A DNA stretch of 33,481 bases from Calcarisporiella thermophila CBS 279.70 (GCF_041956535.1 NW_027192224.1:1-33481), one strand, 5' to 3'. Counted from the first letter of the stretch, positions 11,183 through 22,602 are shown. Translations and numbers: made by a program. The notes: generated by a model from the letters alone, not told the origin.

Positions 11183-12793
11183 AGTCAACTGAAAACAGAC
11201 TCAATATGTGATGAAGCGATTTGAGAATGAAAAATATTAATTAATTTCAATGGGAATTCTCTTATTATATAGTTTCGCCGTAGAACTTTAATATCCACGC
11301 TGGCGCAAGCTTTTAAACCAATTCCTGATATTTCCCATAAGATATACCTTTAGATCCTATCGTAGATTAGGCTTGGTACATGAAACAATGGTAAATAGAA
11401 GAATTAATAAAAGAGAATAAGTCCTAGATCCTGAATTTTCTCGATTGATGAAGTTCTACCCCTATTTAGCTATTTTCAATCTTTTGCTATTTTAAAAATT
11501 GTCCATATATGTATATTGCATTAATTAAAATGCTTGAGATCCAAGTTTCCTATCTAATATAGGGTGGCTAAGCATAAGTTACTTGGAGGCCGGATTCTTA
11601 GCTATATATCAAATGATGTAAACCTTTCCAATAGGGGGCAATTAAGCGAGAGATAAATAGCGACTTCTTTGGAAAAAAAATTAAGAAACCAATCTTCCTT
11701 TTTGAGTAATTGACATAAATCCGCCCCTAAAACAACGGAGGCGCCTTTCCTATCCACTCTCAATAAATAAGAATTTGAATAGTTTCATTAAAGATAACGT
11801 TGCAATTATTTATAGTATAAAGACACATATATTAACAGTTTCATGAGCCTTTATTAGAGAACCTGCTGGATGCATTTTGTTTTTATCCAACAACCTTAGA
11901 ATAAAAAAAGCTCATTATAAAGATAGTATACAATCATTATTATCCTCAAAATACTAAATAGGGACAAACTTCATAATTCTCACCTTGAACACAGATGCAA
12001 TCTTCATTGTATTACATAGAGCCTGCATTCATTTCTTATCAATTAACAATTACTGATTTCTAAGACTGACCGAGTTAATATAAGTAACAAATGCCAATTA
12101 TTACTTAAGCCTAGCGTATGCGATGGCTTAAGGGAAATGGAAAGCAAAGGTTAAAGGCAAAGTCAGAAGTCCACGCTTCACTATAATGTGGCCGATTTAT
12201 TGGATAAAATGAGCTGTTTCAAAGAAATAGAGAAAAAAAAAGTAAAATCGTGTTCAAATTATCGTACAATTTTGCTATAAATACGTGCTTTCCAAAGACA
12301 TGTTTCCTTGGCCGTCCCAAGAAGAGGGAAGGAAGAAGAATAGTCAAAACTATCAACAAAATATGTGGTGAAGTCGTCGGGAACTTGGATTTTCAAGTAA
12401 AACTAAACCAATCATCCCAAACGGTTAGTATATCGAAAAAGACCAATCTTTAACCTCTCAATCATAAAAGTTTTAACTAGAGTATAAATTTATCTGGTTA
12501 AGAAATTAAGTTGAGAGAACAATCTTTAGTATGCTCCAAACTTATTACGTCCTACCATGCAAAGTCTTCGTATACAATATATAATGCTTTGTATTATTCG
12601 ACAAATTTTAGTATTTCTTTAGGAAATATAGGTACAGACGCCATTTCGTGGCTCAGTTTCCTTAATAGTTGGAACTTGGAAAAGTAGAAAGAGCTTGGCG
12701 TATTTTCTAGGCAGGTATTGATCTAATTTATCTTGGCATCATTTATAAGATAAATTTCCTTGGAAAAGCGAAAATGGGGTGGTAAATAGCACC

Positions 12794-14467
12794 ATGCCGT
12801 ACTTATTGTTAGCCACATTCTTGTTGGTAATTTTTACTTATTTTACGGTGGCAATTCCTAGTAGTTGCCATTGTCTGCCAAATGAAGTATGTTGGCCAGA
12901 TTCTCAGACCTGGCAAAAATTCAATGAGTCAGTTGGAGGTCAACTATTGGCGTCAAATATATCAACTGATTGCTCGGGCTCGAAAAATCAATCTAGTGGA
13001 TCAGGTTGCAGCAAGATAACTGATCCATACTGGCAAGGCGTTCAAGGTGCTTTTCCGGTATTCGCAGTCAACGCTACAGGCAGCTCAGATATTCAACAAG
13101 CTGTTTCATTTGCTGCAAAACACAATCTTCGCTTAATCGTGAAAAATACAGGCCATGATTTTCTCGGCCGAAGCACCGCACCCGGCTCGCTTTGCATTTG
13201 GACACAACACCTTACAAACATCTCTTTTCATGATAAATTTAACCCAGAAGGGTGCAGTTCAAATCATACAGAAACTTCAGCGGTAACGGTAGGTGCCGGT
13301 GTACGACTTTTCACTCTTTATAAAGCTGCCAGCGAAAGAGGTTTGGATGTTGTAGGAGGAGCAGATCCTTCTGTAGGAGCAGCAGGTGGATTTGTCCAAG
13401 GTGGAGGTCACGGACCTCTCTCACCCAAATATGGATTAAGCGCAGATAATGTTTTACAATACACAGTTGTCACTGCGGACGGAAAGCTACGTGTCGCTAA
13501 TGAATGCCAGAATCAAGACATATTTTGGGCACTACGGGGCGGCGGCGGTGGAACATATGGTGTTGTGGTATCTGCTACTTTTAAAACTTACAAAGCAGTG
13601 TCCAGTGTCATCGGCGCTGTATATTCTGTCAATGCTACTGATAATGCTGCCTTTAATGACCTACTTAAAGAGTTCATTAAAGCTCATCCAGCATGGTCTG
13701 AGGCCGGTTGGTCGGGCTATGCATTTATAACTGGGGATAGGACAATGGCAATAATATACCTACTTCCAGGAGGAAATCTCACTTTTGCGAACGAGAGTTT
13801 TGCTTCGTTCGAAAGTTTTGCAAAAAACCATCAAGGATTAGTGATCGACGGATTTACACAGCAATTTCCCTCATTTTTTGCATGGTATCGCAATTTCCTC
13901 TGTCTAGGCAATACCCCAGGATGCGATAATCCCTTCTTTGTCTGTTCCAATAATCCGTGGTGTGCTATCATCAATGGGACTTCTAGCACTATGGGATCTC
14001 GATTAATACCAATGGAACTCTTTAAAACTGAATCTGGAATCAATCAGCTCTCCAGTGCCACGTCGCAAATCCATACTGGTGCTATAATCCATCTAGTTGC
14101 TGGAGGAAGAGTTGCCCAGAAACGTGACGACGAAGTAGCGGTCAATCCGGCGTGGCGAAAGGCACTTTGGCATCTTGTCTTTTCGATCGGATGGAATGAA
14201 AATGCAACTTTGGAAGAAAAAAAGTCTACTGGCAAAGAGGTGACTAATTTGACAAAAGTTTTCAGAGATATCACACCAGGTTCCGGCTGTTATACAAATG
14301 AGGCAGATCCTCATGAGCCTGACTGGCAAGAGGCTTATTTTGGTAGCAATTATCCTCGTCTCAAGAAGATTAAAAGGCAGGTGGACCCCTCCGGTTTATT
14401 TACTTGCTTAAAATGCGTGGGAAGTGAAGATTGGAGCGATGACCTTAATTGCCGTAAAAATTCATAG
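12794..14467 (+). CDS. Secreted FAD-linked oxidoreductase (FAD_binding_4 + BBE domain; AA7/berberine-bridge-like), intronless
   Basis: First in-frame ATG at 12794 is followed by a signal peptide. Motifs: CLPNEVCWP, KNTGHDFLGRS (covalent FAD His), GGGHGPLS, FWALRGGGGGTYGVV, and C-terminal YTNEAD...YFGSNYPRLKKIKRQVDP. Confidence 0.93.
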   Translation: MPYLLLATFLLVIFTYFTVAIPSSCHCLPNEVCWPDSQTWQKFNESVGGQLLASNISTDCSGSKNQSSGSGCSKITDPYWQGVQGAFPVFAVNATGSSDIQQAVSFAAKHNLRLIVKNTGHDFLGRSTAPGSLCIWTQHLTNISFHDKFNPEGCSSNHTETSAVTVGAGVRLFTLYKAASERGLDVVGGADPSVGAAGGFVQGGGHGPLSPKYGLSADNVLQYTVVTADGKLRVANECQNQDIFWALRGGGGGTYGVVVSATFKTYKAVSSVIGAVYSVNATDNAAFNDLLKEFIKAHPAWSEAGWSGYAFITGDRTMAIIYLLPGGNLTFANESFASFESFAKNHQGLVIDGFTQQFPSFFAWYRNFLCLGNTPGCDNPFFVCSNNPWCAIINGTSSTMGSRLIPMELFKTESGINQLSSATSQIHTGAIIHLVAGGRVAQKRDDEVAVNPAWRKALWHLVFSIGWNENATLEEKKSTGKEVTNLTKVFRDITPGSGCYTNEADPHEPDWQEAYFGSNYPRLKKIKRQVDPSGLFTCLKCVGSEDWSDDLNCRKNS

Positions 14468-15253
14468 CGCTCCCGCAATATATTTTATATTCAAGTACAC
14501 TTTTAAGGCTGCTTCGTGTAATTAATTTTATGTATTGATGCGAAGATTATTTTAATATAGAAAATCATAGTGAATTAAAATATGAAATAAATAGAGGAAA
14601 CTTTCAAAGGCTAAGCCATTATAAAAGGAAATTTCTTTCGCCTCCTAGCTTGGGGTGTTAATACTGAAAGCTTCCCCCACGTATGAAATATCGCGTACTT
14701 AGCCAAAGCAGAATATATATACACTGTATAAAACATGAATGAAAATAAGTCTTTATATTAAGTAATATAACTAATTGCTCATCTCATATCTTGGATTCGA
14801 AATATACAATTGATAAACACCAATCTTCACACGAAGAGTGTAAATACAAGGTCTTCCGCCACACAACTAACATGTTATATCACCTTGAAGATCTATAATA
14901 CAACCCAAGTATTTGAGACAAATCTTCTTCACAGTATTAGGTGGTATATCAAAAATCGAACCGAAATTACAAAAATCTGCTATAATGTCTCAACTCTAAT
15001 TTTTTACGATATAATTTACCCTTGAGATGATTGCTATATCATATAGCAGTTATATTTTGAGGTCGAGAGTAAGCATTTAGTGTATGGTTTTGATGTTAAA
15101 AATTGGTTTTCATACTAGCAATTGTCACCGTTGTTATTCATCTTCTTGTTAATAATACATACAATTATATAATATCGAGAAATCACCCCATGAAGGGATA
15201 TGGGGTGATAAGCACCGATATAACCTATAATATAAATTAGGTCTATGACCGCG

Positions 15254-16447
15254 TTAAAGCTTACTCTCATAATTCCTTCTGCTGTCTTTGTCATGATTAC
15301 GGGACAAAAGATCCTCCATATTTTTCCATAAAAATCTCTCTTTCACGTCTTCCTTTAAACCTAGTTCCTCTACTTGTTGCATACACTTTTTCCAGGATAG
15401 CTGGGGGAAATTGGTTCCAAAAAGAACTTGGCGTTTTCCTGTCGTCGACAGGAAATGAATGAGCGATTTTGGATAATATCGCGGAAGGTGAGCAGAAGTG
15501 TCAATATACACGTTAGGATGTTTCCAGGCAACAGCAATCATTTCTTCAGTCCATGGGTGCCCTTTTAATGGACAAAAATATAATTAGTTTAACCATGATA
15601 ATACCCGTGAAAATCAAATGTATAAAAAAGCAGCTTCGAACAATATTTAGAAGTTCACATACCAATATGGCCTCCCACGATCTTCAGGGCGGGGAAACGA
15701 AGAGCGACTATTAACACGAAAAAAAAAGTTAATTCATTAGCGGAAAAAGATAACGAAAAGGTATATTCATGAATTTATATGTACTATCATCGATATAAGG
15801 AATCGGACGACCAGGCTCGCTAGGGCAATGAGGGCCAGTATGCCCAACCTGAAAAATATTTAAGTATTAAATAGCTACCAGATCCTGTTAATAACACGCA
15901 CCTGTGTGAAAAATGGAATATCTAATTCGACACATTTAACAAAGAGAGGGTAATATAGCTTGAAAAATAAAAAATAAAATAAAATTAACCTATTTGGTAA
16001 AACTGTAGCTAGCAGAGTAAATTGCTATACCTTATCGTTGGGTGGCAAATTCCATAACCAAGGTACAACTCTCAGTCCACGACATCCTAATTCATTCACA
16101 GCTCTATCTAATTCTCTACATGCCGCCACAGGATCGGCTAGATCCACTCCAGCTATCCCAATGAACCTATCTGGGTAGGCTCTGGTGTATTCGGCAACTT
16201 CATCATTGCTGAAAAGGATGCGACCCGGTCTGTACCATGCATTCAAGCAGATTTTGTGAATATTTGCAGCATCCATTAGTGCCACTAGCTCTGCTGGAGT
16301 GCAACGCTTTTCAAAAAATTTAAAGTCCACATGAGATTTTTCAAAGAGTGGCCTCACTTCTGGGATCCCTTCCAAGAATGGTATAACAGGGTTTGCCCAA
16401 GCATCTATGGCCTTGATGGATTCATTGCTGCGTTTTTCGGAGGTCAT
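15254..16447 (-). CDS. Amidohydrolase_2 family protein, ~296 aa, 5 exons (16447-16031, 15958-15902, 15848-15785, 15707-15663, 15561-15254), C-terminal SKL
   Basis: Spliced translation: IDAWAN...YPDRFIGIAGVD...PNDK|LYYPLFVKCVELDIPFFTQ|VGHTGP...PYIDD|IALRFPALKIVGGHIG|HPWTEEM...HPNVYIDTSA...VLFGTNFP. All four introns are GT-AG and phase-consistent. Confidence 0.9.
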
Positions 16448-17734
16448 GATAATTAAGTAAAACTAACTGCTCCTTAAGAGCAATTTAAATAAATTTGGTT
16501 AAAAGTGTTGCGTCACCACATTTTCACATGCCCTAATATACCAATACCATTGGAATTACATTTTATTACCAGGCAAAAGCCTTTGGGGATCGGTATGGGC
16601 GTTCATTCGATGAAGATACTTTTCATAAAATGAGAGCATGTAGGGATTGTATGCAAGTTTCTACGACTAATCATATTATTCTCAAAATAAACTTCAATGT
16701 GGCTCTTTGCGGTAAACCATGATGTATCAGCCTATACGGATAAAAAGTGAAAGAATAATATAAGAATATATGAGTCACTTCAAGATGACTAACGAAAATT
16801 TATTGCAATGCTCTGGTTGCTTGCTAGCTCTCTCGGATACCTTTGTGTTTTTCCCACTGCAGTTCCTGTCGCATTTACCGTTGTATGCGATAGAAATTAA
16901 TCTAGTTTTTTTTTTTTAATTTGAATGATCATATTTTAGACACTTCTTTTCCGAAATGTTTCGTGGAAGGATACTTTATTCTCGCTTCGATCCGGTAATC
17001 AACAAAAATTGTGTCAATAACTCTATTTAAATAATAAAATAATCACAGTATTAGTTGACTCTAAACACTTTTACGCGTTCCATAATGGCATTTCTATGTC
17101 ACGTTCATTCGATTTACTGTACTCTCTTAATGGAGCTTCACTTTCTCAGCCTGTATCTCAACAGCTAGTCTATTTTCGGCATTGAATACCGACTTAAAGC
17201 GCCTCTGCTTAGTCTCACGACCTCTCCCAAGCTTTTCACAATGGTGCTCCAAATGACTTTGCAAGAGTACCGCAAGAAAGGGTAAAGGGTTATAGCATAT
17301 CGTGCGATCTACTAATCGCAGTCTTCTCGAAGCATAAAGCAGTAGAAAGACACCCAGGTCGTAGTTTAGGCGCTTGAAAAGTGCGAGTTTCTGGTCAAGC
17401 AAGAAAAATCACACTTTACCCCCAACTCAGACAATCGAGCCTCTGGGGTTCGGACTAAACACGCAGAGCATCTCATTCAAGTTGCCAAGAAAGGTAGCAA
17501 GAGATCGTGTAGAGAAAGGACTCACCTACACCTAACACATAATATGAGTTAAGGTTCTTTAAGGTCAGCTTTGTTGTTGCCTTGTTGTTGCCTTGTTGAT
17601 TATTGTTTAGTTGTTTTTGGTGTAATGACGCACGATACATCTTTGAAATCACGTGCTAATCGTGATTTTACAATACTCTATTCTTATTTAAACCCATTTT
17701 TGATTTCTCACCCATCTTCTACTTACAATACTAA

Positions 17735-17978
17735 CATCTTGTCTACCATTCGAACCGTTACATCTGGCAAGTGTACCAGGAAGTAGAGACCAATATATAC
17801 TGCGGTATTGACAATGGGTCTTCCTTACGACATTCGTTCGAATAGCCGACGGGGTCCAAGTATGAACTGATGGAAATGAAGAAATGGCAAGGATGATATA
17901 TTCAATACTACTTTGTATATTGTTCTCTACTCCCTGGTACGCTCGCCAAATGTAATGGTTCAAACGGTAGACAAGATG
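17735..17978. repeat. Long imperfect inverted repeat / hairpin (77-bp gapless stem, 17735-17811 paired with 17902-17978); candidate hairpin-RNA locus
   Basis: 64 of 77 positions are Watson-Crick paired (55 of the outer 63). Weaker pairing continues inward (TCCTT/AAGGA, CATT/AATG). No TSD. Confidence 0.85.
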
Positions 17979-19120
17979 ATCTTAATTATAATAAAAGATC
18001 ATGTTGACTTATAGAGTCGAATTATCTCTTTAATGACTCATACAAATTGTTGCATTGCTTATGAAACCTGGGAACGATGTGGATACGGAGTTAACGCTAG
18101 ACAATTGGGCATCATCGTCTATTTTCGACCATTTCTACAGAATTGATATAAGCGTTCAGCACTGATGCCACTGGTTTGCTCCTCTCGTCTAATTGCGGCA
18201 TCACACGTTATAAAAGGACATATTACATCATCATGAAGCGTGACCTGCGTATTTTGTCAGTTGTCAATGCCTCACTTTCCTTTTCGTTTGTTATTTTCTA
18301 CTTCCTTCTCTGGGACGGCCGAGGAAGACATCTTCGAGTGTCTTCATTCTAAATTTCTATAGTCTAAAAAAATGAGTTCATTATCGTTTGGTTTTTTCTA
18401 TTTGTTTATTCTTTTTACGAGTTCATTTTACCTAATAAATCGGACTCATCATTGAGAAGCATCGACTTTTGCATTCGCGTTGTCCGTTTCCCTTAAGCCG
18501 TCGCATATACTAAGCTTAGGAATAATAGGTCTTTGATACAGATATCAAGGCTGAGTTTTATCACGCGTTTTTCTAATAAGTACCCGTTCTTGTGCAGGAC
18601 TTTTATGAGGAGGACGCGTAAGTTTGAAAGCAATTGGATCACCTTGATTACAGGAAACGTAACCTCATATCAAGTTGAAAAGCTTGACGAAACTGGCTTC
18701 GTAGATTGCGATCTGGATCAAATCTAATTTGTGAAGCAGGCGCATTAAAAAGCCTGCGCTCGCTCGTGCCCAAATGAATCTAGTTCATCACATGACCCCG
18801 CCATGCATCCTGATAGATTAAGCGGGTTTTGAGAAATCCACTACACTAGCTCGACACAGCAACAGACCACATTAAGAACAGCCATGCGGATAGGAACACA
18901 TGAATCTACATATATTCCGGCCAGACACGCATGAATATCAAGGCAGCAGCCTTAATTAAAAATCAATCTGATTTATTCTAGAAAGCTAAATGAATCTTCG
19001 CGCCAATTAGTGCGACAATTTAGTGTGGGTAGATAAAGTTTCGCCACTACTATCTCCTTCTCTTCTCACGTTTTATTGCAACTCTTCTCTCGCTGAACAT
19101 TCGACAGCATTTTATCAATC

Positions 19121-20093
19121 ATGAAGGTTCCTGGCTCTGCTCTCGAATTATATGACCTTTTCATTGCACTGGAGGCGTCCATGCCAAGTAGCTCGGGTAA
19201 ATCACATTACATGTTCCTTTTTTTCAACATCTAATTCCCTTTACGCAATTATTAGAATTTACTCATTTGCTCTCCACGCTACTCATTCCGCGCGAAGCTA
19301 TGCCCACTCCTGAAGCAATTTCCCAAGTGAAGCCTTATCTAGCGCATAGCCCTGAATCTCTGTCTAAGCTGCTTATCAAAACCCTTGAATTTTGCGCTGA
19401 AGACTCTCAGGAGGGATATTCTTCCATGTTTTCTCGTATATGTGAATCTCTCTTTCTACTGCAGAAAGTTGAGGAGAAAGTGGGACGCGGCCTCTTGGAG
19501 AAATATGTAGCCGCTCTGCGATTGGATGACTCGGGTGCAAGCCACGAAGATGTAATGAAAGGAGTGGAGGACTTTTTGAACAGTATTAATGAGGAAGATG
19601 CGGTAAAGGTTAGAAAGATAATGGCAGAGGAGGAAGCTGCCGAGGAGCTCGGTAAGGAGATACTTGTATTTATGAGCTCTTAAATGAGACTGCTATTGAC
19701 ATGGCATTTCTGATTTTGAATTAAGGACTGACTGAAGAAGACTTTGCTAACGCCGCTTCCATTCTCAATTCCGATACTCTTTACGTGGAGGTTCTCTCGT
19801 TGCTCCATCTTAACCACACTCAAAATCTACCGTGGCAGACCGTTTTACTGCGCATAGAACAGTTGGTGAACGAGAAAAAGCCTGAGGTATGGCCTTCTCT
19901 CCGCGCGTTTCTAGAACGTTACCACTTGGAAGGATATATGCGAAGCGAGAGTGAAGACGAGGACTTAGAGGAGATGACCTACGAAGAGTACTGTGAGAAG
20001 TTCTTGGTTGGAGACATGGAGATGGAACAGTTTAAGATCCCGGAAGAGCAACAGCCTAGCGCGACCAAGACGCAGGCAATTGTCCACGGATAA
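19121..20093 (+). CDS. Acidic, probably helical hypothetical protein, ~279 aa, 3 exons (19121-19196, 19256-19651, 19726-20093)
   Basis: Two phase-1 GT-AG introns join MKVPGSALELYDLF... to the 19267 and 19785 ORFs in frame. No family recognised. Confidence 0.75.
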
Positions 20094-20407
20094 TCGATGG
20101 TTTCTTTCATTTTAGGAATTTGCATATGAGTTACCATTACTGTTAGGATTTCTATATTTGATCACAAGAACTTTGAAAATAGGATTGGAAAAGTGAAGGC
20201 TGTGTAAAAAAAATTGAAAATTGGTGGATTAATTCTTGTAAAAAAATTTTAAAAATTGATTGTAAAAATCTTTTTTAACGCAAGTAACTCGGATTCTTTT
20301 TGTTTATTCGACTCTCATCTTAACCGTTATGTGAATAATTATAATTATATATACATTTATTTTAACCTATTCATTGAAATGAAACATTTATTTCTTCTAT
20401 GTTTTCC

Positions 20408-22013
20408 CTAATGCTTGGTTAGGTGGTCTGCTTCAATTATTTGCCTTATTATTGACTCTGTATGAGCCAGTGTGCATGGGTCATTGCGATCGGAAGTGTT
20501 TCCTTCCTCGGTCACCGACAATCTATAATCCGGGGCATAGAGATGTAGATAGGGGTGATCTGGGAGTTCTTCATCAATTTTACGACCCAAAATTAAAGAG
20601 AGTGTGTAAGCATAACAACGAGCAACATTAGCATGGTTGTATCCTCCTAAAGTGGAAGAGAAAATTGGTTAACGAAGGTCAGGTATATTTATCCTTAAGC
20701 TATGTCATCATGGTACCTCCTCCTAGTAGCAGCGTAGGTTTTCCCCAATCGACAATATGTTGTACGCAATTTGCAAAGCTTGCTATACTCAAGTTCCATT
20801 CAGCAATACGGTCTCCATACAGCCCATCTGCTCCACATTGCACTACTACGGCATCGGGCTTGTAATTCTCTTTGACAGCGTCCGTGATTCTTTTGAAAAA
20901 AGGCATCATTGAACCACCACGTAAGCCAGCTTCGAGAGGCACGTTTATTACTCCCCTTTTTCCCTTGTCAAATAAATAACCACCAGTCCCAGGGTAGAAA
21001 CCTGGAGTATATCGGTGAAAAGAGAGTGTAAGAACTCGATCAGTGAGCTGAAACGCAGCCTCAACTCCATCTCCATGATGCACATCCAGGTCGATATAGA
21101 GAACTCGAGAAAATTGACGTCGTAATTGAAGTATAGCAAGGGTGATGTCGGCGACATAGCAGAAGCCAGCTGCTTTTCTCCTATTACAACAAATCACGTC
21201 TAAACAGAAAAAATAAAATAAATAACAGAGAAAGCTACCGTCTGGCATGATGCCTTCCACCATCCCAATGCACCGCAACATCGCATTTCCCTTCTATTAG
21301 GTACTGCGCTGCAACTATACTCGAACCAGAGACATAGCGAACATATTCACCCATACCCTCGAAAATTGGACAGTCCTAAAGTACATTTAATAGTGTGAGT
21401 GCAGTTAGCGGAATAAATCAAAAAGCCTTTTACATATTCTAGCCCATACTCTTCGCAAAGCTTTTGAAATGGGATTCTTTGGCCATTAATTTGATTGTGG
21501 TCCTCGCACTCCCATGTCTCTTCTACATCTTCCCGCTCCTCCTCTTCTTCGTCGTCTTCTTCTATATTTCCTTTCTCTTTCTCCTTTTGAATATTGTAGC
21601 GCTCTTCCGCAGAGAAAAGAAAATCTAATCACTATAGTGAGTATATTGCATCAATCATAAGAATATATTTTTTGATTTACCAATAAAGTCAGGTGAATGA
21701 AAAGTAACGAGCTGTTCACGTGTTGCTTGACTTGGTGTCAAAATCCTTTTCGATCAAATGACATGATTAGTGAATAATTATATATGTATAAGCGCATAAT
21801 ATCACTGCATTTTCGTACTCCATATCGTTAAATAAGCCATAGGCATTGATTAGAGAGTGTATTATTTCAGACTTTCAATAGAATCAAATTCAATAAATCA
21901 ACCCGTCGATTGAAAAGGAATCTGCACAATAGACTTACTCTCCCCTTGTTGCTCGGCAACCGCGAGGCAATACGCGCGTATTCCGGTGAATATATATATG
22001 CAACTCTTCTCAT
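20408..22013 (-). CDS. HDAC8: Class I histone deacetylase, HDAC8/Hos1-like, 7 exons
   Basis: MRRVAYIYSPEY...HSLINAYGL...EYGLEY|DCPIFEG...WDGGRHHAR...AAGFCYVAD...YIDLDVHHGDGVE...GFYPGTG...QCGADGL...LLLGGG|GYNHANVAR. YIYSPEY and HSLIxAY resemble HDAC8; orthology is not tested. Confidence 0.9.
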
Positions 22014-22602
22014 TTTTAAAATTTGTATAGCTAAATCCGAGTCGAGGTGCGAAAAGTGGGTTAAATATGAATAAAAAAGTGTTATACGAAAAGTTTTATC
22101 AGAAAGTAATGTGATTACTATGGCTCTTTAATTATCGCGACATTATACAAGCTCACGATATTAAATCCTTGTGTAAAACGCGTCAATGATATTTAAAATC
22201 CGAACTGAATATCCTTAAACAGGGCAAAATACAAAGTCAGAAAGAGTAGATCATGCATTTTCAATTTTAACAGCCAACACAGCACAACAGTGTCCTTATT
22301 GGTTTGTAGTTGTGCGTTGTATTCCATTCCATTGGCATTAACTTTCTTCAAATTCTTTAAGTAGAATCTATCTATCGTTATCAAGGCCGATGGTCAGTGC
22401 CAAGAGAGGTACATCTCGGTGGCGTTATCAAATCTGCGCCATTCCACAATATTAACAGATATCGTTAGTCAGTACGTTTTGTTCTTTAGCTCTTTCCTTT
22501 TTCTTTTCAATATAATCTCCATTCCGTTTTTTATCTTGTCATTCTTTTTTTGCTAAACTTTGTTTATATATTGGTACCCCTCTCTTTTTTATTACAAATA
22601 AT

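Noticed and set aside
14645-14710. GGGGTGTT...CTGAAA as a TPP riboswitch
   Set aside because: Lacks CUGAGA, the UGAU/AGCG core and the P4/P5 stems.
998-16447. Secondary-metabolite cluster (dioxygenase, transporter, BBE oxidase, amidohydrolase)
   Set aside because: No NRPS, PKS, terpene or RiPP backbone gene in the window, and the genes are widely spaced with unrelated genes between them.
17571-17598. (TTGTTGTTGCC) x ~2.5 tandem repeat
   Set aside because: Ordinary short minisatellite with no spacers; not CRISPR-like.
17737-17790. LPFEPLHLASVPGSR as the Argonaute PAZ-end motif LPxEVCxIVPGQR
   Set aside because: Spacing is off by two residues, the Cys is absent and the match is too short.
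18150-18210. Stem-loop beginning with TGA as a SECIS element
   Set aside because: TGA pairs canonically with TCA, so there is no GA/AG quartet, and no selenoprotein ORF is nearby.
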